DNA of 64,000 bases, taken from the NCBI RefSeq assembly GCF_006345805.1, contig NC_043010.1, forward strand, positions 17,546,001 to 17,610,000, in the 5' to 3' direction. The position numbers and the translations under genes are program-made. Under the pieces are notes generated by a model, which was given only the letters and a program-made list of their open reading frames with translations, searched no databases and was not told the DNA's origin. Below, piece by piece: positions 25,430-38,689 of this stretch. Source of the DNA: Octopus sinensis. Lineage: Eukaryota. The first letter of the stretch is position 1; each line of letters opens with the position of its first letter.

Positions 25430-26230
25430 TTGATAATTTCCGTTACCTTGGTGACCAAGTCAGCAGTGTATGTGGATGCTCTGAGAGCATAGCTACTAGA
25501 ATAAGAAGAATAGGCTGGGCAAAGTTCAGGGAGCTTCTGCCTCTGTCGGTAACAAAGAGCCTCTCTCCCTCAGAGTGAAAGGCAGATTGTATGATGCTTG
25601 TTTGTGTACAACAATGTTACACGGCAGCGAAGCAAGGGCTGTGGATATGCAAAGGCTTGAAAGGAATGAAGCTGGCATGCTTTACTGGATGTGCAATGTC
25701 AGTGTGCATGTACGCCGGAGTGTAAAAAAATGGGTAGAAGAGGCATCAGATGTGGTGTGCAAGAGAGAAGACTGCACTGGTATGGCCATGTGATGCGTAT
25801 GGATGAGAATATCTGTGTAAAGAAGAGCTGATCTTTAACTGTGGAGGGAACCTATGGAAGAGGTAGACCCAGGAAGACATGGGACAGCATGATCTTCAAA
25901 CGTTGGGTTTCACACAGGTAATTACAAGTGATTGCAACTTTTGGTAATTTGTTGTGCTTAAAAAGACTTGTCAAGCCGAGTAAAATCAAAGTTGTGGATG
26001 GTACCGTTGACATGTAACAGCTTCCGTGCTGGTGACAGATAAAAGCACTTGTGCCGGGGATATGTAAAAAGGCACCGACTACACTCTCAAAGTGGTTGGC
26101 ATTTAGGAAGGGCATCCAGCCATAGAAACCAAGCCAAATTCAGAATGTAACCTGGCTTACCGGTTCCAGTTAAGCCATATAACCCATGCCAGCATGGAAA
26201 GCAAACGCTCAATGATGATGATGATGATGA
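25430..26230 (+). mobile_element. 5'-truncated RTE-clade LINE
   Basis: YLGDQV..RIR.GWAKFRELLPL...LRVKGRLYDAC...MLHGSE...GRPRKTWD; 3' UTR ending in (GAT)n. Confidence 0.8.
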
Positions 26231-26257
26231 TTTATTTTTCTTTCTTACATTTTACAG

Positions 26258-26321
26258 CAAATTTTATCAGGAAAATGGCAAACTTGTCCTCGATTCAGGG
26301 GCTTATATGAAAGTACTTGAG
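26258..26321 (+). CDS. LHPP: LHPP exon 4 (KFYQENGKLVLDSGAYMKVLE)
   Basis: Acceptor TTTTACAG| and donor GAG|GTAACT; 64 nt. Matches human RYYKETSGLMLDVGPYMKALE. Confidence 0.93.
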
Positions 26322-26338
26322 GTAACTAATTATTATTA

Positions 26339-26452
<114 letters not shown>

Positions 26453-26559
26453 GAAAATTATTGTAGAAAAGGTGTAGGTAGAAACTCCATAAGATGAACC
26501 CAGTGTAAGCAATAGACACATAAGAAATGCAGCAACATCAAAGAAAAATTAACCGAGAA

Positions 26560-27605
26560 GATAGCTTTCGTGTGTAGCAGATGCTCTGGGGCAATCAACA
26601 CCACAGATACTCAGAAAACAGATTCCATCATACTCTAGGGGAAGAAACTAGAAGTAGCTGATAGTTTCTGCTACCTAGGTGACCAAGTTAGTAGTGGGGG
26701 TGGATGCTCAGAGAGTGTTACCACTAGAATAAGAATAGCCTGGGCAAAGTTTAGAAAGCTTCTTCCCCTACTGGCGACAAAGGGTCTCTCGCTCAGAGTG
26801 AAATGTAGATTGTACAACGTATGTGTGTGAACTGCCATGATTCATGGCAGTGAAACATGGGCTGTGACTGCGGAGGACATGCATAGGCTTGAAAGACATG
26901 AAGCTAGAATGATCCACTGGATGTGTAATGTCAGATGTGTAATGTCAGTGTGCACACACGACAGAGTGTAAGCGCCCTGAAAAAAATATTGGACATAAGA
27001 AGCAGTGGATGTGGCATGCAAGAGAGATGTTTGCGTTGGTATGGTCATGTACTACGGATGGATGAGGAGAGATGTGTGAAGAAGTGCCACTCCCAAACAG
27101 TTGAAGGATTCCGGGGTAGAGGTAGACCCAGGAAGATATGGGATGAGGTGGTCAAGCATAACCTTTGAATGTTGGGCCTCACAGAGGCAGTGATGAAAGA
27201 CCGAGACCTCTGGAGATATGCTGTGACTGCTAAGACCCGGCAAATAAAGTGACTTCACGGCTGTATCCCACACCAGTTTTGCATAACCAGCCCACTCAAA
27301 AGTACCTTGGATTGTAGGGTGACCTGCTGTGCTTGAGGCGACCTATTGAGTCAAGTGCATCAACATCAAAATCAAAATCAAATGGAAATTGTAGATGTGA
27401 TATCCGTGTCGGTGGTATGTGAAAAGCACCATCCAAATGTGGCTGATACCAGCGCCACCTGACTGGCTTCCATGCTGGTGGCACATAAAAAGCACCAACT
27501 GATCGTGGCCATTGACAGCCTCCTCTGGCCCCTGTGCTGGTGGCACACAAAAAGCACCCACTATACTCACGGAGTGGTTGGCGTTAGGAAGGGCACCCAG
27601 CTGTT
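26560..27605 (+). mobile_element. 5'-truncated RTE-clade LINE
   Basis: EVADSFCYLGDQVSSGGGCSESVTTRIRIAWAKFR...HGSETWAVT...LRWYGHVLRM...GRGRPRKIWDEVVK. Confidence 0.85.
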
Positions 27606-27620
27606 GAATTATTATTATTA

Positions 27621-27704
<84 letters not shown>

Positions 27705-28508
27705 AAGAAGAAGAAGAAGAAGGCAGCAAGCTGGCAGAATGGTTAGCATGCTGGGTGAAATGCTTAGTGACATTTCATTTGTCTTCGTGTTCTGAGTTCG
27801 TATTCTGCCGTGGTTGATTTTGCCTTTCACCTTTTGTGGGCGATAAATTAAGTACCAGTGACACACTGGGGTTGATGTAATTGATTAGTCCCTTCCCCAC
27901 AAATTTCAGGCCTTGTACCTTTAGTAGAAAGGGTTATTACCTCCACCTTAGCAAAGGCAGAGGTATTGGTTTCAGTTGTGTTTGTTTGTTTGTCCATAGA
28001 CAAGACATCTCAAGAACCACTGGATGGATTCGGATGAAACTTTCAGGGATGTTTGGCCTCATCACTGGCATGAACTGATTAGATTTTGGGATTGATCTGG
28101 TACCATACAAGGATTCAGGATTATTTTTCCTGGTTTTTTACTTAATTTTTGAGAGCGGTCGGGATCATTTTTAGTATTCTCATTTGTGAGAGCAGTCAAG
28201 TTTATTTCATATATTCTCATTTTTAAAAATCATCTCCAGCTAATTGTTGAGAGGATATTGGGGTTACCTTGGCAAAGGTTTATGCTTTCTCAGTGCTCTT
28301 GTTATTATAATTATTTGTTATATTCTTCATTATCTTGAAAAAAATCAGAATGCCTTAGTGGCATTCTGAGTTCAAATTCTGCTACGGTCAACTTTGCCTT
28401 TCATCCTTTCAGGGTCAATAAATTAAGTACCACTGAAACACTGGGGTCGATGTAATTGATTAGTCCCCTCCCCAAGAAATTTCAGGCCTTGTGTCGATAG
28501 TGGAAAGG

Positions 28509-28574
<66 letters not shown>

Positions 28575-28663
28575 TGTTATATTCTTCATTGTCTTGAAAA
28601 AGATCCTTTTGTTTCTTTCAATTCTTTGTTGTTTAAATTTTGGTTTATTTTACTTGTCCCTAG

Positions 28664-28756
28664 AGTGCCTGTGATATTGAAGCTGAAGTGTTTGGTAAAC
28701 CGTCACCTGAGTTTTTTAAAACTGCCCTCAAAGATATGAATTTAAAACCTGATGAG
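28664..28756 (+). CDS. LHPP: LHPP exon 5 (SACDIEAEVFGKPSPEFFKTALKDMNLKPDE)
   Basis: Acceptor CCCTAG|; 93 nt; GKPSPEFF (HAD motif III Lys). The in-frame donor is non-canonical GAG|GCAAGT. Confidence 0.92.
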
Positions 28757-28869
28757 GCAAGTAAAAAAATTATTTGGTTTTTATTTTCTGCAATTAAATT
28801 TTATATTGTTATGTTTGTTTATAATTAAATGTTGAAATGGGTCAAAATGTTATTTCTTTGTTATTTATA

Positions 28870-29390
28870 TTTTCTTCTTCTTGTGCTGAGTGTGGAAGAA
28901 GGTGGGACAGAGCCAATGACCTTTGAAGGCGCTGTAAGATTGGTTGAGTCTTAGGCCCTCTAAGACTGTTGTTAATGTTCTGTTTAAAAATTGTGGCAGG
29001 TCTACAGTTGTAGGGAAGAGGAGATTCCAGTATGAGAAAAGAGGGAAAGTGGTGGCAGCAGCTTTGTAGGTCAGAGACTGGAGCATGTCCATTAGTGATG
29101 GAATGTTCACCAATCAAGCAGCCTTTTCTCTAAATGTGGTCAAAAATGCCTGTGTACAGCAGCAACAGTAGCAGCCGTCCAAGAATTTGGACATGGAGAT
29201 CTCCGTTTCCAGCGACTTCGAGGGCCACCCCCCAGTGGTGTCAGGCATCAACGAAGAGCCCTCAACTACAACAAGACGACCAAAGTTTTCTTTTTTTGTT
29301 TTTCTAAGGTCAGGGGCCTTCCACCCCTAAGCCCTAGACCATCACCTAATCACCCTTACCTGTCTTGTTGCTTAACAACAACAACAACAA
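28870..29390 (+). mobile_element. degenerate LINE ORF1-like fragment
   Basis: CAECGRRWDRAND resembles a decayed CX2CX4HX4C knuckle; 29160-29385 recurs inverted at 730-930. Confidence 0.4.
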
Positions 29391-29699
29391 CAACAACAGC
29401 AGTAGCAACATCTTTCCAAACGTGAGAGCAAAACACCATTGAGGGTCCCACTTGCCCCTTGTAGAATGTCAGCAGCCGTTGTGAACCAAAATATTTTCAA
29501 ACTGTGAAGGGAATGACTAGTTTTTAGGATGGATCCTAGCTATACTAAGGAACTGCTTTTACCAGAAGAAATTTTTGTTGATAACAGGGTTCAGCATTTG
29601 GAAAGACCATGTTGTCACTGAGTGCTACTCGAGTTCAGTGTGGAGTCTGGTGTGGTGTGTAGTGTAATTTTGATATATAAATGGGGCTGGTGTTTATTT

Positions 29700-30020
29700 T
29701 TCATCATCATCATCATCATCATCATCATTTAATGTCCGTTTTCCATGCTAGCATAGGTTGGACAGTTCGACTGGGGTCTGGGAAGCCAGGAGGCTGCACC
29801 AGGCTCCAGTCTGATCTAGCAGTGTTTCGACAGCTGGATGCCCTTCCTAACACCAACCACTCCGAGAGTGTAGTGGGTGCTTTTTACATACCACCGGTAC
29901 AGGGGCTAGAGGAGGCTGACAACGGCCATAATTGGCTGGTGCTTTTTACATGCCACCTGCACGGAAGCCAGTAAAGGCAGTACTGGCATCGCCGTTTGGA
30001 TGGTGCTTTTTACATGCCAC
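29700..30020 (-). mobile_element. RTE 3'-UTR-type repeat (family B)
   Basis: GGAAGGGCATCCAGC...AACCCATGCTAGCATGGAAAACGGAC..(GAT)n, the same as the 3' UTR of the RTE copies. Other copies at about 21370-21525, 30540-30810, 31330-31505 (+) and 32285-32440, 35620-36080, 36340-36520 (-). Confidence 0.8.
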
Positions 30021-31198
30021 CGGCACATGTATCCCAGCTACAATTTCCATTTGATTTTCATTTTGATGTTGCTTTTAAAAAAACACAAGAGTGACATGGC
30101 ACCACCAAAAGATGTTTTCAAAGTGTCTGTGTATGGTGTCTAGGACATGCATGGCAGACACAGGGTTAGGGGAGGATGAAGGGTCATGCCATCTGAGTAA
30201 GAGTGGATGTTGCTGGATGTTGTGACAAGTTGGTTCCATTGATGTAAAGAAGGAAGAGAAAGAGAGTGACAGACAGAACAAAGTTATCATGTTGTGGCAA
30301 GTTGGTCTCATTTACGTAGAAAGAAAAGACTGAAAAACGCATTTACCTTTAATTAATGCAAAACATTTGGGCAAAGAAAATCATTAATTGTTGTACTCTG
30401 TAATTATGTTATGTATTTATTTATATCTCTTTCAATACAGAAAATAGGGGCTGGTTTAGAAATTGTCTTCCACTTGCTTCCAGGTTCAATGCATTGCATG
30501 GTACTTTAGGCAGATGTCTTTGACTCTTCAGTTACTTAATACCTTACATAAAAAGCACCATCCAAACAGCAATGCCAGCGCTGCCTTTACTGGCTTCCAT
30601 GCTGGTGGCACGTAAGAAGCACCAGCCAATCACGGCCATTGCCAGCCTCCTCTAGCCCCTATACCAGTGGCATGTAAAAAGCACCCACTACACTCTCGGA
30701 GTGGTTGGCGTTCGGAAGGGCATCCAGCTGTCGAAACACTGCCAGATCAGACTGGAGCCTGGTGCAACCTCCTGGCTACCCAGACCCCAGTCGAACCATC
30801 CAACCCATCAATAACTGATTGATAGAAAATGGGCAGGAGCCTGTCGTGTGTGTATGTGTGTGTATGTATTATGAACTCTTCCGTCGTTAAGCAACAGACG
30901 AAGGTCCCACGTGTTCCTGTTGAACAACCTCCTGCACACATGATTTGTTTAGAGAGGTCAAATGTTTGTGCTGTACACTGGAGCTCACTGCCTCCACCAA
31001 ACAGACATTGCCCGAACAGGTACCCTAAGTGTGCCACATGTCACATGCTGAAATGGTTGCTGAGCAACATGAAACAAACTGTTTTGCTCAAAAACACAAT
31101 GAACTGCCCAGTTTGAGAATTGAAACCATGATCTCATGATCATGAGCACAACACCCATACCACTGGGCCATGCACCTATATATATGTGTGTGTGTGTA

Positions 31199-31230
<32 letters not shown>

Positions 31231-31265
31231 TGTGTGTGGTGTGTGTGTATATGTGTGTGTGTGTG

Positions 31266-31327
<62 letters not shown>

Positions 31328-31505
31328 AAAAAGCACCCACTACACTCACGGAGTGGTTGGCATTAGGAAGGGCATCAAGCCGTAGAAACACTGCCAGATC
31401 AGACTGGGCCTGATGCAGCCTTCTGGCTTCACAGACCCCAGTTGAACCGTCCAACCCATGCTAGCATGGAAAGCGGACGCTAAATGATGATGATGATGAT
31501 GATGA

Positions 31506-31578
<73 letters not shown>

Positions 31579-31773
31579 ATATATAAATTTAAAATAATAA
31601 GGGTAAAAAATTGAATATCAATTTGATTAATATCAATTTAAAACCAGTGGTCTAGCATATTAAAATCTGAAGATACAGAAAAATTATATTACTTACATAT
31701 AAGAGGGATGACCATAGCAGATCTACTTCTAGTATAATGGATGTCCACATAGTGGCCATCCCTCTTATATGTG

Positions 31774-31855
<82 letters not shown>

Positions 31856-31874
31856 ATAATATATATATATATAT

Positions 31875-31927
<53 letters not shown>

Positions 31928-32123
31928 TAAATAAGTAACAAAGATGTACAGGTGTCAATTCAACTGAATCTAATATATATATATATAATAATAATATAGG
32001 GTAAAATTATTTATATAATTAATTAATTAATAATTAATAATTTTACCAAGTAGTCAGTACATTAAAAAAACCTTTTTAGGTGAATTATACAAAATATTCT
32101 ATAATTATATACATAATTGTAAT

Positions 32124-32276
32124 CAGGGGTCAGCTAAGTGCCTTGTCACATACTGAATTAGAAATAGATGCTAATGTCTTTTCAACTACCATAAATTGGA
32201 GGTTTTTATGGCAGTTGAAAAGACATCAGCATCTATTTCTAATTCAGTACATGGCGAGGGACTTGGCTGACCCCTG
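32124..32276. mobile_element. fully palindromic hAT-type MITE
   Basis: Termini CAGGGGTCAGC / GCTGACCCCTG; the two halves are reverse complements with about 8 mismatches; 8-bp TSD ATTGTAAT / ATTATAAT. Confidence 0.85.
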
Positions 32277-32783
32277 ATTATAATTCATCATCATCATCGT
32301 TTAATGTCCGTTTTCCGTGCTAGCACGGGTTGGACGGTTTGACCAGGGTCTGGGAAGCCAGGAGGCTGCACCAGGCTCCAGTCTGATCTGGCAGGGTTTC
32401 TACAGCTGGATGCCCTTCCTAACTCCAACCACTCCATGTATATAATTATAGAATATTTTATATGTGTGTGTGTGTACGTGTGTATATGTGCGTGTAATGT
32501 AATGTAAACTCTATATCTGTGTGTGTGAACCAAGCTTTGTGGCTGGAATTGAGTGAATGCAAACTATTTGCAAGATTGCTGGGATGGATTCTAGCCTTCT
32601 TGATTTTGTGAGAAGATTCCTTTAAGAGAACAAACATCTGTGAAACTGTTGGTTGCTTATGTCATAAATCAATAATTAAGTAATTAACATTAATTAAACA
32701 ACTCAGTATTCATCACTAGAATCAAAAACAAACTTCATAATTTTCATGTGGCATATTAAAAAAAAATTTTGTGTCTTTTTTAG

Positions 32784-32875
32784 GTTGTTATGATTGGAGA
32801 TGATATTGTCAACGATATTGGTGGGGCACAAGCTGTTGGATTGAGGGGCGTTCAGGTGTGCACCGGAAAGTTTAG
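32784..32875 (+). CDS. LHPP: LHPP exon 6 (VVMIGDDIVNDIGGAQAVGLRGVQVCTGKF)
   Basis: Acceptor TTTTTAG| and donor AG|GTAAAA; 92 nt; HAD motif IV GDDIVND. Confidence 0.96.
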
Positions 32876-34601
32876 GTAAAAATATTTATAAAAGTTTACC
32901 TTCATATTTTAGTTTTGTTTTATTTTACCATTACCGCCATCTTCATCATCATCATCATCATCCAGCTTCCATGGGTTGGATGGTTTGACGGAACCTAAGG
33001 AATGAGAGGACATCATCAAGTGGCTGTATCTACTCGGACATAGTTCCTGCAGGTGGGGAAAAAGAGTGGGGGATGAAGTTGAAAAGGTGATGCAATGAGT
33101 TATGTAAGGGGGTCAGGTATTCTTGGGTTATTTACTATTGCAGGGAGCAAATATAAACAGAAAGTATGAAAGAAAGGCGGACAGGAGAGAAGTAATAGAT
33201 TAGAGAGAAACCATGCCAAAGCAAACATAACCGACTTTAGTACCCTCATAGTGGTACCCTATATAATATCACTAAGTACCTCCAGTTGAAAGTTGTTTTC
33301 CGAGGAAATAACTTCAAATCTTGTTACAGTTGTTATGTGGATGTCACTGAGACATAATTTTCCTTGCTCTATTTTTGCCAGACTAACAAAACAAATGTAA
33401 GTTTTATTCCTGCTTTACAGATGATTGGTTTGTGCTGTGGAGGTGGGGGGGATATTCAGCTGTAAAAATGTTGTATCTTCAACAAAATTATCCAACCACA
33501 ACAAATTTGGGGGAAAAAAGGTAAAACAATGAAAAGGATTTCTCAAGAAATGGTTATACGTTACTTACTTTTTACTTTTTACTTGTTTCAGTCATGTGAC
33601 TGTGGCCATGCTGGAGCACCGCCTTTAGTCGAGCAAATCGACCCCAGGACTTATTCTTTGTAAGCCTTGTACTTATTTTATCGGTCTCTTTTGCTGAACC
33701 GCTAAGTTACGGGGATGTAAACACACCAGCATCGGTTGTCAAGCGATGTTGGGGGGACAAACGCAGACACACAAATATATACACATACATACATATATAT
33801 GTACCAAATCCGTCTACCAAATCCACTCACAAGGCTTTGGTCGGCCCGAGGCTATAGTAGAAAACACTTGCCCAAGGTGCCACGCAGTGAGACTGAACCC
33901 GGAACCATGTGGTTGGTAAACAAGCTACTTACCACACAGCCACTCCTACGCCTACTACACCACACTCCACTCCTACTATATCAACATAGTTTTGTTTTTC
34001 CAGTAGGTTTTTGTGCTCTCCATGTACATCTGCACATCTTGCTTCGAATTCCAGTCCTTGACTAACTTGATTCAAAATAAAATGACATGCAGTTTCTTTC
34101 TGTGACAAATCTTCTCCCCCATTTCCCTCACCCCAGCTGATACCAGGCTACTCGCCGCCGCTCTACGTCACTGATACAATGTGTACACCGTTATCCAATT
34201 TTTTTTCTACTACTTCCTCCACCCGTCACTCATTTTACACTAACCAAAAAATGCAGTAGAAAAATTATTTTTATCTTGCAACAAGAAGTGTTGTGATCCT
34301 GCATATCTCTGTTATCTGAGAAAATTTGAAATGTTTTTTTGTCAAATTATGTAAACAAGTTTACAGCACAATCTTGGGTTGATAAACTGAAAATGCACTT
34401 TGCAAAACAACTGTGAACAGGAAGTACTCAGTGATATTAAGGTTAGGGTCACACGACAACGATACAAAAGCTGGTTATAATCTAAAAACAGGTGCAGAGA
34501 TTATCTTTGTAAGAAGACAAATTATTTTAATGTGGCAGGATTCGAGATACTGCCAGAATAGAATCACTTAACTAAAAGCAAATTAATATTGAAATTTCAT
34601 A

Positions 34602-34640
<39 letters not shown>

Positions 34641-35069
34641 AAAAAATGAAGTTCGAAAATGCTGCTATATTATACAATTTTTAATTTTTATATATACATT
34701 ATAACATGTTTCAGTTCCTGAAATGAACCTTATCAAAAAAAGTTATATATAAAAAAAGACAGCTCATGCCGTCAAACACAAGAAATTCATTTACAATACA
34801 CAACGGAGTCAGACATCTTAAAGTTCAAATATAGTTTGAAGTTCATTCATGTTATATGTTCAAAGTGTTTGATGCAGTGGCCGACGGTGGCGATATGTAT
34901 TCAATACAAAAAACAGATCAAAGTGGTGGAAAGCAGTCAATACAGAAGATTGATGTTCTCGAAAGAGCGAGGAATTCATTTTTACCTTGAGCAATTGTGA
35001 TGACTCATGGTGGATGTTTGCTGGGTGATTCTAGTGAGTCTTGTGAATTGTTCGGGTTTTATAATGCCT

Positions 35070-35590
35070 GTTAGGTGGTCAGTCCAGTGTAGCGTGACGT
35101 CATCAACGTTTTGACCAATCGTTTCGTTAGGTGGCTTTAGTCAAGCAGAACGGTACGTCATCAACATTCTGACCAATCGTGACCTATCGCTGTATTATAA
35201 CTGCCTCTTGTCTGTATCCTGTTTTGACCAGTCGTTTCGTTAGGAGGCTTAGTCAAGCAGGACGGTACGTCATCATGATTCTGACCAATCACGACTTATA
35301 GCTGTATTAGATCTGCCCCTTTTCGTTAGGTGGTTTAGTCAAGCAGAACGGGACGTCATCAGCATTCTGACCAATCGTGACCTATCGCTGTATTATAACT
35401 GCCTCTTGTCTGTATCCTGTTTTGACCAGTCGTTTCGTTAGGTGGCTTAGTCAAGCAGAATGGGACGTCATCAAGATTCTGCCCAATCACGACTTATAGC
35501 TGCATTAGATCTGCCCCCTGTCTGTATTTTGTTAGGTGACTAGTCAAGCAGAAAGGTACATCATCAATATTCTGACTAATCTCTGCCCCC
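35070..35590. repeat. dimeric minisatellite (112-bp and about 86-93-bp units)
   Basis: GTCAAGCAG anchor at 35140, 35252, 35338, 35450 and 35543. Confidence 0.9.
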
Positions 35591-35591
35591 T

Positions 35592-35625
<34 letters not shown>

Positions 35626-36102
35626 TTGTCATTTAATGTCCGCTTTCCATGCTGGCATGGGTTGGACGGTTTGACTGAGGACTGGTGAGCCAGAGGCTGC
35701 ACCAGGCTCCAATCTGATCTGGCAAAGTTTCTACAGCTGGATGCCCTTCCTAATGCCAACCACTCTGAGAGTGCAGTGGGTGCTTTTACGTGCCACCAGC
35801 ACAAGGGCCAGTGAGGCGGTCCTGACAACAACCACGCTCAAAAGGTCTTTTTTTTAACATGCTACCTGCACAGGAGCCAGTCTGACGGCACTGGCAATGA
35901 CCATGCTCAAATGTTGTTTTTCACATGCCACCAGTACATGTGCTGGTAAGGCGATGCTGGCTACAATCATGCTCAAATGGTGCTTTTTTCGTGCCACCAG
36001 CATGGAAGCCAATCTGTGGCCCTGGCAATGATCACACTGGGATGTGCTTTTAACGTTCCACTGGCACGAGTGCCCATCAGGCGGTACTGTCATCAGCCAC
36101 AT

Positions 36103-36141
<39 letters not shown>

Positions 36142-38539
36142 TGAGAAGGAGAGAGACATAGATAGATAGATATTATAAATGCAAATTGACTTCCAAGGCA
36201 TTGGTCTGCCTGGAGCCATAGCAGAAAACAGTTGCCCAAGGTGCTGTGCAGTGGGACTGAGCCTGAAATCACATGGTTATGAAGCAAGCTCCTTAACCAC
36301 ACAACCATTTAATTAATTAGAATTAAATTCTTAACCATCATCATCATCATCATCTAACGTTCGCTTTTCCATGCTGGCATGGATTGGATGGCTTGATAGG
36401 AGCCAGTAAGGCCAGGAGCCACACAAGATGCCATTGTCTGTTCTGGCATAGTTTCTATGGCTGGATGCCCTTCCTAATGCCAACCACTCCTCAGCATGTA
36501 CTGTGTGCTTTTTATGTGGCACCAGTTTCAATTCTGTTGTGGAACATGGGTTTTCTTGAGTACAGCAGGTGCCAGATATCTTGGTCCCATGTCTTCCTGG
36601 GTCTTCCTCTTCCACAAGTTCTATTCACATTAAATCTTCAATATTAATTAGACAAATTCTCACTAAACTGGTGTCAAAAGCTATGACAATTTCCTCAGCA
36701 AAATTCTGTTTTACTATCTTCTTGCTGGAGATGTTAATTTTATTATTATTATTTTTATTGTTAATGTTGAGACTGACTGGGTCTTTGGATACATCCATGT
36801 TACATTTCTACCAATAACAGACTTTCTACTCACTCAGTTCCACCTTCCTGGCAATACCATTCCTAAATATGCCATCCTTCATCCAGGTCCTCAGATTATT
36901 CACTACAGGAGAGATTCTAAGATAATGCCATCATACAGAGCTTGTAAGAGTGAACTTTAATTGGAACATCATTCCAAAGCCACAGAAGGGATCACAACTC
37001 ATGATGGATCCCTGCCTAAAGACGAAAAAAACCTCACTACTCCTTTTAATTTTTAGAAAACCACCTCCCCCATCTAGGAACTAAAAATCTCCTTGTCTCG
37101 CCTTGACAAGTTCTTCTTATAAGCCTTTCTTATAAGCCCTGCTGTTGTGAGAAAAATAGAAAAAACAATTGAAAGAAATGCATTTTTCTCCTTTTGGGGT
37201 AATTTTTAAGAATTCATCATCATCATCATCATCATTTAATGTCCGTTTTCCATGCTAGCATGGGTTGGACTAATTATCTTTATATAATTTAGTCAGAAGA
37301 AGAAATATGTGGGCCCTAACTTTGACAGGCTCTAAACCTTGCAGTCCACCCAAGTAGATGAGGAAGATATAACTGATGCTAAACTCAAATGTTTGTAAAT
37401 CAACTTCTGCAGGATAAACAAAGACAGAAAGAGGGCCTCTGAGAACGGGGTTTGACATGTACTTTAGTATGAGGCCCAAGGGATCAAAGGAACAGTCCCA
37501 TGAATTTCTTATGGGTGGGGATGGGAGAAGGCTCTACTCTTCTCTTGACATGAAGGAAAACAGAAACAGTTTGAGAAGTGTCTGTTAGCTGTTTGCAACA
37601 TTCTTCTTCCTTATCGGAATATTTCCAGAAACAAATCAATCATTTCATTGCGATAAAAAAAATTTGTGTTATTAAAGGTGAAAGACATTGAAAAATGTTG
37701 TTGAATGTTTGTGAAGTTGTATCAGTGACACAATCTATAGGTCAATTGTATAACGGGTGAGACGGGTTCGTATGGTCTGCTCTGTTTTCTGCCCTACTTT
37801 GGAAATACACAAGAGGAAACCAGTACAACTGAATTATCTAAATTTATCTTAATTATTTAATTTAACTAAATTATCTAAATGATCAAGTACACATTTTGTT
37901 TGCCTTTTTCTTGTTTTAAATTTGTAAACATTTTGGTGGTGCTCCAGCATGGCCACAGCTCTGAGCTGAAACTACTAAAAAAAAATTAGTTTTGAAAACA
38001 AGAGAAATAATCTTATTTTGGTTGATATAAAAAAAAAATTAATTAAAATATTTTCGGACCACAACTCTTTTAAAAGTTTAATCCAAAGGAAGAAGGGGCC
38101 GAACTGATGACTTTTGTCAGACCTTTGGCAGTTGATGTGACTGATGTGATTGATGTGATTGATGTTCAGCTGGAACATTTGTTTGTTAATATCAGCTTGA
38201 AAATATGTTGGTGGAGAGATGACTCTGTGGGATTGACATTTTTCTAGGGAAGAAGGATTGGACCCAGGGTGGTGAAACACAATAGAGAAGATGTAGAGGA
38301 AGAGTCAGGGGTCTCAGACATGGAAATGTGAGGTTATTTAGGACAAGGACCTCGTATAAATTTATTGATCAATTCATTAAAATGGTTAAATTCTGTAAAG
38401 GCTTAAAAATTGATAAACATTTGAAATTTTCAACAACCATGATATTTTAAAATCTTTTTTAAAGAATTTCAATTTAATTCAATACCATTCATTTGCACTG
38501 TCTGACTTTTGACCTTTGTTGCTATTGTTGTTGTTACAG

Positions 38540-38630
38540 ACCTGAAAACAAGAACCATCCAACTGTGAAACCTGATGGATTTGCCAAAAATCTGGCTGAA
38601 GCTGTTGATCGCATTTTGTCAAACAACTGA
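38540..38630 (+). CDS. LHPP: LHPP exon 7 (PENKNHPTVKPDGFAKNLAEAVDRILSNN*)
   Basis: Acceptor GTTACAG|, TGA at 38628-38630. Matches human HPEVKADGYVDNLAEAVDLLL. Exons sum to 816 nt = 271 aa plus stop. Confidence 0.95.
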
Positions 38631-38683
38631 TTAATTCTTCAGTGAATTCTGTGTTATTTTGTTTTAATAATTTCTTATGAGAA

Positions 38684-38689
38684 AATAAA
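38684..38689 (+). promoter_or_regulatory. candidate LHPP polyadenylation signal AATAAA
   Basis: First AATAAA about 55 nt after the stop codon. The region is AT-rich, so chance occurrence is possible. Confidence 0.35.

Noticed and set aside
26200-26257. Idea that the RTE tail supplies the exon 4 branch point
   Set aside because: A YTNAY match (TTTAT) exists in the host pyrimidine tract about 23 nt upstream of the AG, so no TE contribution is needed.
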